Shown piece by piece: positions 9,245 through 18,520 of a DNA stretch of 64,000 bases (the stretch's first letter is position 1; each line of letters starts with the position of its first letter). Under the pieces are notes generated by a model that saw only the letters and a program-made list of their open reading frames with translations, ran no database searches and was not told the DNA's origin. The position numbers and the translations under genes were made by a program. Source of the DNA: a bacterium (GTDB lineage Bacteria > Patescibacteriota > Minisyncoccia > Minisyncoccales > CG1-02-41-26); the NCBI GenBank assembly GCA_030603395.1, contig JAUVXX010000005.1:885-64884 (forward strand), given 5' to 3'.

Positions 9245-9859
9245 ATGCCGGTTTTGATAAATTTTAAAATTTGCGATAACTCTGAAGATTGTAACGGGAT
9301 AGAGGTTTGCCCAACTGGTGCCTTTTATTGGGATAAAAAGAAAAAAACCATTGCCATTGATAATTCCAAATGTACAAGTTGCGGAGTATGTGAGGAAGCT
9401 TGTCCGGTTGGCGCAATCAGGGTAGCCAAAGATGAGAAAGAATACCAGAGAATAAAAAAAGAAATCGAAAAAGACACGAGGAAACTTTCTGACTTATTTA
9501 TTGACAGATACGGAGCCACTCCAATCCACCCGGCTTTTTTAATTCCCCAAAGCAAGTTTGACGTCCAGATTTTAAGGTCAACTAGACCGGCTGTCGTGGA
9601 GCTATTTAACAACGAATCAATAGAGTGTTTGCTTTACTCTATTCCTATAAAAGAATTATTTAAGAATGTTGATATGAAATACAAAAAAATGGAAATAAAA
9701 GAAAAATCTTTACTTAAGAAATATAAAGTAAAGAAACTTCCTTCTTTATTATTTTTCAAAGATGGAAAATTGGTGGCTAAAATAGATGGCTATTACGATA
9801 ATAAACAGAAAAAAGAAATAAAAGAGAAGGTAAACAAAATTCTTTCTAAAATTAAGTAA
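9245..9859 (+). CDS. 4Fe-4S dicluster ferredoxin fused to a thioredoxin-like domain
   Basis: CDNSEDC..VCP and CTSCGVCEEACP; C-terminal KYKVKKLPSLLFFKDGK resembles a thioredoxin end. Confidence 0.75.
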   Translation: MPVLINFKICDNSEDCNGIEVCPTGAFYWDKKKKTIAIDNSKCTSCGVCEEACPVGAIRVAKDEKEYQRIKKEIEKDTRKLSDLFIDRYGATPIHPAFLIPQSKFDVQILRSTRPAVVELFNNESIECLLYSIPIKELFKNVDMKYKKMEIKEKSLLKKYKVKKLPSLLFFKDGKLVAKIDGYYDNKQKKEIKEKVNKILSKIK

Positions 9860-9872
9860 TATCTCATAAAAC

Positions 9873-9903
9873 AAAAATACAGAGGACTGTCCTCTGTATT
9901 TTT
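9873..9903. terminator. Palindrome ACAGAGGAC-W-GTCCTCTGT (copy 2), probable bidirectional terminator
   Basis: aaaaatacagaggac-t-gtcctctgtattttt between convergent genes. Confidence 0.75.
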
Positions 9904-9905
9904 TG

Positions 9906-9977
9906 TGCCCTCGAGAGGAGTCGAACCTCTATCACAAACTCCGCAAGTTCGCATTCTGTCCATTGAACTACGAGGGC
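9906..9977 (-). tRNA. tRNA-Arg(GCG)
   Basis: Reverse complement GCCCTCG...CGAAC-TTGCGGA-GTTTG...GGTTCGACTCC...CGAGGGC-A. Confidence 0.93.
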
Positions 9978-10056
9978 ATTCCTCTTTGACGATATCATAA
10001 AAATTATTATTTTTCCAGTTGATTTATTAAAATTTTGATGGTAAGGTAGAAATACA

Positions 10057-10143
10057 GGAGGAGTCGGATAACGGTATTCCAGTGGCTTGCTAAGCCATCG
10101 CCGTGTAAAAAGCGGCTTGTGAGTTCGAATCTCACCTCCTCCG
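10057..10143 (+). tRNA. tRNA-Ser(GCT)
   Basis: GTGGC-TTGCTAA-GCCAT anticodon arm, long variable arm, G discriminator. Confidence 0.93.
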
Positions 10144-10151
10144 CTTTTTTA

Positions 10152-10233
10152 GGAGGGGTCGGATAATGGTATTCCACTAGTTTTGAAAACTAGCACCCGA
10201 AAGGGTATGCGAGTTCGAATCTCGCCCCCTCCG
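10152..10233 (+). tRNA. tRNA-Ser(TGA)
   Basis: CTAGT-TTTGAAA-ACTAG anticodon arm, variable arm ACCC-GAAA-GGGT. Confidence 0.93.
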
Positions 10234-10239
10234 CATAAC

Positions 10240-10266
10240 AAAAAACCGACACCAGCCGGTTTTTTT
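10240..10266. terminator. Probable bidirectional intrinsic terminator
   Basis: aaaaaaccg...cggttttttt between the tRNA pair and convergent comF. Confidence 0.65.
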
Positions 10267-10267
10267 G

Positions 10268-10975
10268 TTACTCTCTTGCGACAACAATGCCCCAGACTTC
10301 TTTGGCCCCTGCTTTCCTAAGAATTCTGGCGCACTCTTCCATGGTACTTCCGGTGGTGAAAACGTCATCAACTAAAAATACTCTCTTTCCCTGAATTTCC
10401 TGGGGATTCTTAACCGTAAAGACCCCTCTAATATTTTTCTCTCTTTTTTCTTTCTTAAGCTCAACTTGTGGTTGAGTTTGTTTAGTTTTTATGAGATTAT
10501 TATTTAACAAGGGGATTTTGTAGAATTTGGAAAGTACTTGAGCGATTAAAGCTGCTTGATTGAAGCCTCGCCATCTTTCCCTGAATTTGGCAAGGGGAAT
10601 GGGTAAAAAAACCGAGTTTTCCTTGTTTTGGGAAATTAGCTTGTTCTCTGACAGAAGAAAATGTGCTATGATTAAAGAAGTTAGGGGAGAAGTTAGATTT
10701 TTTAAAAAAGGTTCATATTTGAATTTGCTGATTAATTTTTTAACCAGAGGATTTTGATAGGAGGTGGCAGAAAATATTCCAGAGAGCTTCATTTTTCGAT
10801 GGCTGAGACAGGTCCCCTCTGTAAAAACTCTTTTAGGAGTTTGACAGAAAGGGCAGTAGTTAAATTCTGAAAGGTCAATTGAGCTTAAACAATCTTCACA
10901 GACAAGGGCTCCTTCCCTTTTACAGTTAAGGCAGAATTGTGGAAAGAGAATGTGGACTAAAAATTTTTTCAGCAT
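10268..10975 (-). CDS. comF: ComF family protein (double Zn ribbon plus phosphoribosyltransferase domain)
   Basis: CxxC pairs, RGFNQA, LVDDVFTTGSTM; start chosen at ATG 10975 (alternatives up to 10996). Confidence 0.9.
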   Translation of the reverse strand: MLKKFLVHILFPQFCLNCKREGALVCEDCLSSIDLSEFNYCPFCQTPKRVFTEGTCLSHRKMKLSGIFSATSYQNPLVKKLISKFKYEPFLKNLTSPLTSLIIAHFLLSENKLISQNKENSVFLPIPLAKFRERWRGFNQAALIAQVLSKFYKIPLLNNNLIKTKQTQPQVELKKEKREKNIRGVFTVKNPQEIQGKRVFLVDDVFTTGSTMEECARILRKAGAKEVWGIVVARE

Positions 10976-11020
10976 AGTAATCATTAATATTACCACAATA
11001 TTTGTGCTAAAATAAAAAAA

Positions 11021-12076
11021 ATGGGGATTTTTTCAAAAAGATGTTTGGGAATAGATATCGGAGCTTCTTCCATAAAGGTAGTTGAGATTTCTGGTGGTGG
11101 CAGGAGAAAGAAATTGGAAAATTATGCTGAGTTCCAGCTTCCCTTACAAGAGCCGCCTTTAAGTTTGTTTCATAAAAAGGAGCTGATTCTTTTGAGTGAA
11201 GAAACTTCAGAGATTTTGGAATGTTTATTCAAAAAAGCCAAGATTAAAAAAAAGAAAGTTGCTCTCTCTCTTCCTGATTTCTCTACTTTCTTTACCACTT
11301 TTAATTTGCCCCCGATGACGGAAGCCGAAGTCCCTCAAGCGGTAGAATTTGAAGCGCGCCATCATGTCCCCCTGCCTTTATCTGAAGTTACCTTTGACTG
11401 GCAGGTAATTGAAAGAGAGAAGATTCTTCCCGGAATTAAATTAAAGATATTGTTGGTGGCTATTCCCAATCGGGTTTTGGCAAGTTATCAAAAATTAGCC
11501 ACTTTATCCCAACTTGAGGTTGAAGGAATGGAAGCTGAAGTTTTTGGGCTGATGCGCTCTTCCATCCCTAAGGAACTCAATAAAAAGCCCGTTTGTTTGG
11601 TGGACATCGGCTGGGAGAGCACCACCGTCAGTATTGCCCAGGGAGGAACCCTGAGGTTGAGTCACAGCTTTGATATTTCGGGCAAGGAGTTTACCAGAGC
11701 TCTTTGTGAAAAGTTGAATATTGACTGGGAAAAAGCTGAAAATCTCAAGAAAGAGCACGGCTTAGATCCCGAAAAAAAAGAAATTTTTGATGCTTTAGTT
11801 CCCAAGGCAAATGAAATTGCCAGAGAAATAAATGGGGTTTGTCAAAGTTTTCAGCAAACCGAAGGGAAAAAAGCAGAGGATGTTATTCTGGCCGGGGGAA
11901 TGGTTTCCCTTTTTGGTCTAAGGGAATACCTGAATGTCCAGCTTAAAAAAAATATCCAGATTACCGATCCTTTTGCCAAGGTTTCTTTTCCTTCCATCTT
12001 AAAACCCCGGCTCCAGAAATTAGGACCTTCTTTTGGGGTCGCTCTGGGGGTAGCTTTAAGGGGTATCACCACTTAA
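11021..12076 (+). CDS. pilM: Type IV pilus assembly protein PilM
   Basis: LGIDIGASSIKVVE, VDIG, ILAGG actin-like motifs; first gene of the pilus operon. Confidence 0.9.
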   Translation: MGIFSKRCLGIDIGASSIKVVEISGGGRRKKLENYAEFQLPLQEPPLSLFHKKELILLSEETSEILECLFKKAKIKKKKVALSLPDFSTFFTTFNLPPMTEAEVPQAVEFEARHHVPLPLSEVTFDWQVIEREKILPGIKLKILLVAIPNRVLASYQKLATLSQLEVEGMEAEVFGLMRSSIPKELNKKPVCLVDIGWESTTVSIAQGGTLRLSHSFDISGKEFTRALCEKLNIDWEKAENLKKEHGLDPEKKEIFDALVPKANEIAREINGVCQSFQQTEGKKAEDVILAGGMVSLFGLREYLNVQLKKNIQITDPFAKVSFPSILKPRLQKLGPSFGVALGVALRGITT

Positions 12077-12080
12077 TTAT

Positions 12081-12623
12081 ATGCCAAAAGAACCATTTGC
12101 CAGAATTATTCCCAAACCCAGACCGAAAACACCATTTTCTGTTAGCTTTCTTTTTTACTTTGCCATCTTGCTGGTAATTATTTCAATTGGAGGGTTTTTC
12201 TTTTTGGAAAGCCAGATTTCTTCCCAGAGAGAAAGGAAAGAAGAACTGGAGAGACAAATCGTAGAATTGGAAGGAGAGGAAGAGAAAAAATTAGAAGAAG
12301 AAATTTTATCCTTTGGAGAAAAAATTAAAATTTTCAAGGAGATTTTTGCCAACCATAAAATTAGCTCAAATTTCCTTTCCCTGCTTGAAAGTTCCTGCCA
12401 CCAAAAAGTTCAATTGACCAGCTTAAATTTAGCTACTGAAAATGGTCGGGTTAATTTGCAGGGAAAAACTGAAAGCTTCCAAACCCTGGGGGAACAATTT
12501 CTCATTTTTTCTGAAAATGAGAAATTGGAAAACCTTATTTTATCTAACATCTCTTTGGATAGGGAGGGGAAGATTAACTTTAGCTTAATTTTCTCCCTTC
12601 TCTTGGAGGTTTTAAAGAAATGA
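12081..12623 (+). CDS. pilN: PilN-like pilus alignment protein
   Basis: Single TM, coiled coil, then a compact domain; position between pilM and pilO. Confidence 0.65.
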   Translation: MPKEPFARIIPKPRPKTPFSVSFLFYFAILLVIISIGGFFFLESQISSQRERKEELERQIVELEGEEEKKLEEEILSFGEKIKIFKEIFANHKISSNFLSLLESSCHQKVQLTSLNLATENGRVNLQGKTESFQTLGEQFLIFSENEKLENLILSNISLDREGKINFSLIFSLLLEVLKK

Positions 12624-13147
12624 AAAAAAGTTTTAGCATCCCTATTTTATTATTCGTAGTTTTACTTTTGGCGATTTTCCTTGTCTGGCCGCAATACCAG
12701 GAATTTAAAGATTTGAAGGAACAAGTTGACGAAAAACAAGCCGAACTTTCTGAAACTGAAGAATATCTTTCAGAGCTTAGTCAAATTTCAGAAAAGCTAA
12801 ATGATTATCAAGATTCTTTAAAGAAAATTGAGTCGGCTTTGCCTCAGGACTCTTCCTTGCCTTCTCTATTGAATTTCTTTCAGAAAGAAAGTTCAGAAAA
12901 TGGGCTTTTGTTAAAAAATATCAACCAGACAGAAGGAAAAAGAAAAGAAGAGCCAAAAGGAATTTTAGCCAAAGTTAAAGAAACCTACATTAATCTCAGT
13001 CTTACAGGGACCTATCCATCCTTGAAGGGGTTTCTGGAAAGCCTGGAGAAATCCTCAAGATTAATTGAAGTTGAAAATATTTCTATTGATACTGCCGGAG
13101 AAGAATTTCCAGAGTACAACATTTTAATTAAAGTTCATCACATGTAA
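12620..13147 (+). CDS. pilO: Type IV pilus protein PilO
   Basis: TM, coiled coil, ALP, GTYPSLKGFLESLEKSSRLIEVENI motif. Confidence 0.8.
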   Translation: MKKSFSIPILLFVVLLLAIFLVWPQYQEFKDLKEQVDEKQAELSETEEYLSELSQISEKLNDYQDSLKKIESALPQDSSLPSLLNFFQKESSENGLLLKNINQTEGKRKEEPKGILAKVKETYINLSLTGTYPSLKGFLESLEKSSRLIEVENISIDTAGEEFPEYNILIKVHHM

Positions 13148-13148
13148 C

Positions 13149-13406
13149 ATGCCAGGAATTGCGGAACAAAATAAAACTCTTAAATATTTAATTTGGGGTG
13201 TGGTCTTGGCAGGAATTATTATTCTAATTTACTCCTGGTGGTGGCGTCCCAAGCCTCTTTCTCTTCCTCCTGTTCCCAAACCTTTCCCATCCGTTAAGAT
13301 TGACTTTGAATTTCTGGAGAGCCAGGAAGTCAAAGATATTTTACCCTTTGAGGAGATTTCCCTCCCAGAAGAAGTTGGTCGAGAAAACCCCTTTGAACCC
13401 TACTAA
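13149..13406 (+). CDS. Small membrane protein, PilP-position homolog
   Basis: Single TM and C-terminal GRENPF (PilP-like RxPF). Confidence 0.6.
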   Translation: MPGIAEQNKTLKYLIWGVVLAGIIILIYSWWWRPKPLSLPPVPKPFPSVKIDFEFLESQEVKDILPFEEISLPEEVGRENPFEPY

Positions 13407-13428
13407 AAATTTATACTCTCCAGTACCT

Positions 13429-15156
13429 ATGGACCTTATTTCTCAATTAGTTAAACAAAGAAAATTAAAGAAAAGAGAGGGAGCTCAGTTGAAGATGGAA
13501 GCCAAGGAAAAAGAAAAGACCCAAGAGGAGTTAATTTTAGAGAAGAAAATTTTATCGGAGAATGCCCTATTTCAACTCAAAAGCAAACTGACCGGAACTC
13601 CTCTGCGAGAAACTCTGCCAGAGAAAATTCCCCCCGAGATTTTAAATATTATCCCCAGAGAGTCAGTGGAATATTATAAAATAGTCCCCCTGCTTTTAAG
13701 AAAAAAAGAAGAGGTTTTGGAGGTAGGCATGGTTTACCCTGATGACCCTAAAGCAGTGGAGGCCTTAAAATTTTTAACCAGGCAGCAAAAGTTACATCCC
13801 AAAATTTTTCTAATCACTTTCTCTAATTTCAGAAAATATCTTGAGCAATTCCGAGCTCCCAAAAAGGAAGTAGAGAAAGCTTTGGAAAGATTGGAAGAAG
13901 AAATCAGACCGGAAGGGGGAAAAGCCATAAAGAAAGCCGAATTTGAGAAATTGGTTGAGGAAGCTCCGGTTATCAAAATGGTAGGGGTTATTTTGCGCCA
14001 AGCTATTGAAGGCAAGGCTTCTGATATTCACATTGAGCCGACCAGGGAGAACGTCAGAGTCAGATACCGCTTAGATGGAATTTTGCACTCCTCCCTTATT
14101 TTGCCCTTAAAGGTTTTGCCAGCCATCGTGGCTCGCATTAAGATTCTAAGCCGGCTTAGAATTGACGAAACCAGAATTCCCCAGGACGGTAGGTTCTCTG
14201 CCAAGATTGGAGAGAAAACCATTGACTTTCGAGTTTCCACTTTTCCCACCACCTTGGGGGAGAAGGTAGCTATTAGAGTTCTTGATCCCACCGAGGGTCT
14301 AAAATCTTTAATTGATTTGGGTTTGAGTGAGAGAAATTTTAAGGTGGTCAAAGAAGCCGTCAAAAAGTCCTACGGCATGATTTTAGCTACCGGTCCCACT
14401 GGCTCCGGAAAAACCACCACCTTGTATTCACTTTTCCAGCTTTTAAACAAAGAAGGAGTGAACATTGTTACTTTGGAAGACCCGGTAGAGTATTTTATTG
14501 ACGGGGTTAACCAATCCCAGATTAGACCAGAAATTGAATATACCTTTGCCAAGGGTTTGCGGCAGATTGTCAGACAAGACCCTGATATTATTATGGTAGG
14601 GGAGGTTCGAGACGAAGAGACGGCCGCCTTAGCCATTCATGCTGCTTTAACCGGCCATTTGCTTTTGTCAACTTTGCACACCACCAATGTCCTTGGGGTT
14701 ATTTCTCGGTTAATTGATATGGGAGTGAAGCCATTTCTTATTCCTCCCACCTTGAGTTTAGCCATAAGCCAGAGATTGGTCCGTGCCCTTTGCCCTTTCT
14801 GTAAAAAGAGAGTGAGGGCTCAGGGAGAAGCAAAAGATTATATCTTAAGCAAACTTAAAAATTTACCAGCCAGTGTAGCTGAGAAAGTCAGGGTTGGCAA
14901 GACCATCTTTATCTATCAACCCCAGGGTTGCAAAAAATGTAATTCCAAGGGATATTCGGGAAGAACCGGAGTTTATGAAGTTATCAAAATGACCGATGCC
15001 TTGGCTGAAATAACCATTCAAAATCCAACTGAAAGTCAGATTCTAAAAGAGGCAAGAGCCCAGGGCATGGTTACCATGGAAGAAGAAGGGGTGTTAAAGG
15101 TTTTAAAAGGCATTACTTCCCTGGAGGAAGTGATGAGGGTTGCGGAAGAAAAGTAA
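13429..15156 (+). CDS. pilB: GspE/PilB pilus extension ATPase
   Basis: ASDIHIEP, GPTGSGKTTT, LEDPVEY, RQDPDIIMVGEVRD, Zn-binding Cys; start at ATG 13429. Confidence 0.93.
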   Translation: MDLISQLVKQRKLKKREGAQLKMEAKEKEKTQEELILEKKILSENALFQLKSKLTGTPLRETLPEKIPPEILNIIPRESVEYYKIVPLLLRKKEEVLEVGMVYPDDPKAVEALKFLTRQQKLHPKIFLITFSNFRKYLEQFRAPKKEVEKALERLEEEIRPEGGKAIKKAEFEKLVEEAPVIKMVGVILRQAIEGKASDIHIEPTRENVRVRYRLDGILHSSLILPLKVLPAIVARIKILSRLRIDETRIPQDGRFSAKIGEKTIDFRVSTFPTTLGEKVAIRVLDPTEGLKSLIDLGLSERNFKVVKEAVKKSYGMILATGPTGSGKTTTLYSLFQLLNKEGVNIVTLEDPVEYFIDGVNQSQIRPEIEYTFAKGLRQIVRQDPDIIMVGEVRDEETAALAIHAALTGHLLLSTLHTTNVLGVISRLIDMGVKPFLIPPTLSLAISQRLVRALCPFCKKRVRAQGEAKDYILSKLKNLPASVAEKVRVGKTIFIYQPQGCKKCNSKGYSGRTGVYEVIKMTDALAEITIQNPTESQILKEARAQGMVTMEEEGVLKVLKGITSLEEVMRVAEEK

Positions 15157-15160
15157 TTTT

Positions 15161-15532
15161 GTGAAACAAATTCTCTTAATTGAAGATGACCCGTTTTTGA
15201 TAGATATTTATAGCCAAAAATTGACCAAAGCCGGATTCAAAGTTGAGGTAGCCAAAAATGGAAAAAGCGCTCTGCAATCTCTCCGAGAGAGAAAGCCCCA
15301 GCTGGTAATCTTAGATATTGTTTTACCGGGGATTGAAGGCTGGGAGATTCTAAGAAAAATCAAAAAAGACCGTAGCTTAACTGGTTTAAAAGTAGTGGTG
15401 CTGAGTAATTTGGGACAGAAAGAGGAGGTGGAGAAAGGATTGAAATTGGGGGCAGTCAAATATTTAATTAAGGCTCACTATACCCCGGGCGAGGTCGTCA
15501 GGGAAATAGAAAAAGTCATAACTAATTCTTAA
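15161..15532 (+). CDS. Stand-alone response regulator receiver
   Basis: LLIEDD, LDIVLP, LSN, YLIK receiver motifs; GTG start assumed. Confidence 0.88.
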   Translation: MKQILLIEDDPFLIDIYSQKLTKAGFKVEVAKNGKSALQSLRERKPQLVILDIVLPGIEGWEILRKIKKDRSLTGLKVVVLSNLGQKEEVEKGLKLGAVKYLIKAHYTPGEVVREIEKVITNS

Positions 15533-15536
15533 ATCA

Positions 15537-16607
15537 ATGAACTATCCAACTCAACTCAAAAGACTTTTGGGGCTGGCTATCAAGAAAGAGGCCTCTGACC
15601 TCCACCTTTCGGTCGGTCACCCGCCAGTTTTGAGAATAATTGGCAACTTGTCTAATGTTGAGGGGGAAGGGGTGATCACTCCCAAAGATTCTCAAGGACT
15701 CGCTCTCAGCTTAATGGTACCTTCGCAGCAAGAAAAATTTTTAAAAGAAAAAGAAATAGATTTTGCTTATGAATTTGAAAAGAAAATCAGGTTCAGGGTA
15801 AATGCCTTTTTTCAGAGGGGATATGTCAGTATTGCTTTAAGGCTTATTCCTTCAAAAATCAAAACTATTGAGGAATTAAAGCTCCCGCCTATTTTACATA
15901 AATTTACCGAAGCTCCCCAGGGATTTGTTTTAATCACCGGAGCTTCCTCTCAGGGAAAATCTACCACTTTGGCTGCCTTAATTGATGAAATAAACCATCA
16001 GCGGAGGGAACATATCATTACTATTGAAGACCCCATTGAGTATGTCTTTCAGGGCGACAAATGTTTAATTGACCAAAGGGAGGTTGGGGTAGATACGCCA
16101 AGTTTTGCCAAAGCCCTGAGGTCCACCTTGCGGGAGGATCCGGATGTCATTATGGTTGGAGAGATGAGGGACCTTGAAACCATCTCAACCGCCATCACCG
16201 CAGCCGAAACCGGTCACCTTGTTTTTGCCACCTTGCATACCAATTCTGCCTCACAAACCATCCATCGAGCCATTGATGTTTTTTCTCCCCACCAACAAAA
16301 TCAGATAAGAGCTCAATTGTCGGGCTCTCTGTTGGGAGTGGTCTCTCAAAGATTGCTGCCTTCAATTAAGAAAGAGTTTGTGCCGGCTTGTGAGATTATG
16401 TTGTCTAATCATGCCGTGGCTAATTTAATTCGGGAGAACAAAATCCATGAGATTCCTTCCGTCATTGAAACTTCAGGGGAGATGGGAATGATTCCCTTCA
16501 ATAAGTCCTTAACCGAATTGGTCAGGAAAAAAGAAATTTCAAGAGAGACCGCCCTGCAATATTCCTTCAGCCCCAAGGATTTAGAAGCCCGACTCGAAAA
16601 AGCATGA
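15537..16607 (+). CDS. pilT: PilT pilus retraction ATPase
   Basis: ASDLHL, GASSQGKSTT, LREDPDVIMVGEMRD, AETGHLVFATLHT, ANLIRE. Confidence 0.93.
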   Translation: MNYPTQLKRLLGLAIKKEASDLHLSVGHPPVLRIIGNLSNVEGEGVITPKDSQGLALSLMVPSQQEKFLKEKEIDFAYEFEKKIRFRVNAFFQRGYVSIALRLIPSKIKTIEELKLPPILHKFTEAPQGFVLITGASSQGKSTTLAALIDEINHQRREHIITIEDPIEYVFQGDKCLIDQREVGVDTPSFAKALRSTLREDPDVIMVGEMRDLETISTAITAAETGHLVFATLHTNSASQTIHRAIDVFSPHQQNQIRAQLSGSLLGVVSQRLLPSIKKEFVPACEIMLSNHAVANLIRENKIHEIPSVIETSGEMGMIPFNKSLTELVRKKEISRETALQYSFSPKDLEARLEKA

Positions 16608-17824
16608 AATTTGCCTACAAAGCCAGAACCAAAGAGGGAAGAATTCAGAGAGGAACCATTGAGGCCTCTTCTCGTAAAGTTTGCCTTAGTATCCTGGAAA
16701 AATATGGATTTTACGTAACTTCCTTGCGGGAGGCAGGAAAGGGAGGATTTTTGATGGGAAAGATTTCTCTGCGAAAAACATCCGCCAAAGATATTGTCAG
16801 CTTCAGCCGTCAATTCTCAGTGATGCTAAAATCCGCCATTCCTCCGGTTGAGGCCTTGCGGGCTCAGGTGGCTCAGACGGAAAACCCGGTTTTTCGAGAG
16901 AAAATTTTAAAAATGGCAGAGACAGTGGAGACCGGAAGCACGCTTTCGCAGGCCTTTTCTCTCCATCCAAATATCTTTGACCCTTTTTTTATAAACATAG
17001 TCAAATCTGGAGAGGCGACCGGTAAGGTGGCCGACTCCCTGGATTATTTAGCCAACCATTTAGAATCAGAATACAATCTTTCGCAGAAAATAAGGGGAGC
17101 CATGATTTATCCTGCTTTTGTGATTGTGATTTTTATTGCCGCCTTCTTTTTGGTAACTTTTTTCATTGTTCCCCGATTGACTGAAGTTTTAGAGTCCTTT
17201 GGAGGAAAACTTCCCCTAAGCACAAGGTTGCTAATCCTTCTATCCGACTTTGTCAGGAAAGGCGGTTGGGTTGTTATCCTTGTCGTTTTTGGCTCATTAT
17301 TTTTTATTCCCCAGTATCTCAAGGGGTCTCCGAAGAGTAAAAATTTTTATGATAGAATTTCTCTGAAAATACCAATCCTGGGAGATTTTTATAAGAAAAT
17401 TTATCTTGTTCGCTTTTGTGAAAACCTTTCGGTGTTAATTAGAGCCGGCTTGCCCATAACTCAAGCTCTGAAAATAACCGAAGGAATCATAGGCAGCGAA
17501 GTTTACAAAAAAATTATCATTGAGGCGCAGGAAAGAGTAGCTCGGGGGGAGAAGATAAGTTCTGTCTTCTCGCAATATCCACAATACGTCACCACCTTCA
17601 CCACTCAAATGATTTCAACCGGAGAAGAAACCGGGAAGTTAGAACAAACCCTGATGAACGTGGTTAGTTTTTATCGAGCAGAAATAGAAAGGGCTGCTGA
17701 CAACCTGACCAGTATTTTAGAGCCACTTTTAATTGTGATTTTGGGAATTGGCATAGCCGTAATGGCAGTTTCAATTTTTATCCCTTTATTTCAAATGGGA
17801 ATGGGAGGCTTTGGAGCAATGTGA
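16604..17824 (+). CDS. pilC: PilC/GspF platform protein
   Basis: Two T2SSF repeats (GEATG, GEETG), AMIYP, LEP. Confidence 0.92.
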   Translation: MKFAYKARTKEGRIQRGTIEASSRKVCLSILEKYGFYVTSLREAGKGGFLMGKISLRKTSAKDIVSFSRQFSVMLKSAIPPVEALRAQVAQTENPVFREKILKMAETVETGSTLSQAFSLHPNIFDPFFINIVKSGEATGKVADSLDYLANHLESEYNLSQKIRGAMIYPAFVIVIFIAAFFLVTFFIVPRLTEVLESFGGKLPLSTRLLILLSDFVRKGGWVVILVVFGSLFFIPQYLKGSPKSKNFYDRISLKIPILGDFYKKIYLVRFCENLSVLIRAGLPITQALKITEGIIGSEVYKKIIIEAQERVARGEKISSVFSQYPQYVTTFTTQMISTGEETGKLEQTLMNVVSFYRAEIERAADNLTSILEPLLIVILGIGIAVMAVSIFIPLFQMGMGGFGAM

Positions 17825-17879
17825 AGCGTTTTGTCCAAGAGCGCAAGTCGCACGTAGCGCGATTGGCAACAAAACCTTT

Positions 17880-17909
17880 ACCCCGCACATAAAGCGTTAT
17901 GTGCGGGGT
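17880..17909. repeat. REP-like palindrome ACCCCG...CGGGGT
   Basis: ACCCCGCACATAA-AGCG-TTATGTGCGGGGT, 13-bp perfect stem. Confidence 0.8.
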
Positions 17910-17953
17910 GTAAGAACTTGTAACGCTCCTTCGTCGCTAACAATTTCTAACAC

Positions 17954-18415
17954 ATGAAAAACAAAGGGTTCACTTTAATTGAATTATTGGTGGTTCTGGT
18001 TATTATTGGAATTTTAGCTTCAATTGTTTTGGTTCAATTTCCCGAGGCCATCAGGAGAGCCAGAGATGGTCGGGTTATTTCTGATATGGGTCAATTTAGA
18101 ACCCAAACCATAATTTTGTATAGCACCCAAGAAAGTTATGCTCAAGTTAATTGTACTGTTATAGGAACCCTATGCGATTGCTTGGATTCTACCATTGAGT
18201 ATCTCTGTAATGATATTGAACAAAATATTGCCCAGGGAGATGATTTGGTAACTTATGTTCAAAGTGATGGTCAGGGGTTTTGTGCGGCAGTTCATTTAGG
18301 GGGTTCTGGCAGATATTTTTGTGTAGATGGAGAATTACACGCCAAAGAATACGAAACTTTTCCTAACTTTTGCTTTCCTTCTTGTGAAATAATGAATAAT
18401 TGCAGTTGTGAATAA
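17954..18415 (+). CDS. Type IV pilin, Cys-rich
   Basis: KGFTLIELLVV class III signal; 10 Cys. Confidence 0.9.
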   Translation: MKNKGFTLIELLVVLVIIGILASIVLVQFPEAIRRARDGRVISDMGQFRTQTIILYSTQESYAQVNCTVIGTLCDCLDSTIEYLCNDIEQNIAQGDDLVTYVQSDGQGFCAAVHLGGSGRYFCVDGELHAKEYETFPNFCFPSCEIMNNCSCE

Positions 18416-18520
18416 CTTGACTTGACTGTATTTTTAAAAAGATAAAAAATAGTATATAATAAAGTATAAAGTAAAAACAAAAAAGGTCGCTTTTTCTCAA
18501 AAAATAATCAAACCAAGAAA

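Noticed and set aside
10152..10233. tRNA with TGA in the loop read as a suppressor or a sign of recoding
   Set aside because: Anticodon UGA reads Ser UCA codons, and TGA serves as a normal stop in this window (pilC, rodA, rpoB, uvrA).
13300..13428. Upstream extensions in the ORF track (pilB 13300, pilW-like 20824, rpsR 35367, zf-TFIIB 54499)
   Set aside because: They overlap neighbouring genes or promoter motifs; downstream ATGs fit the expected family N-termini better.
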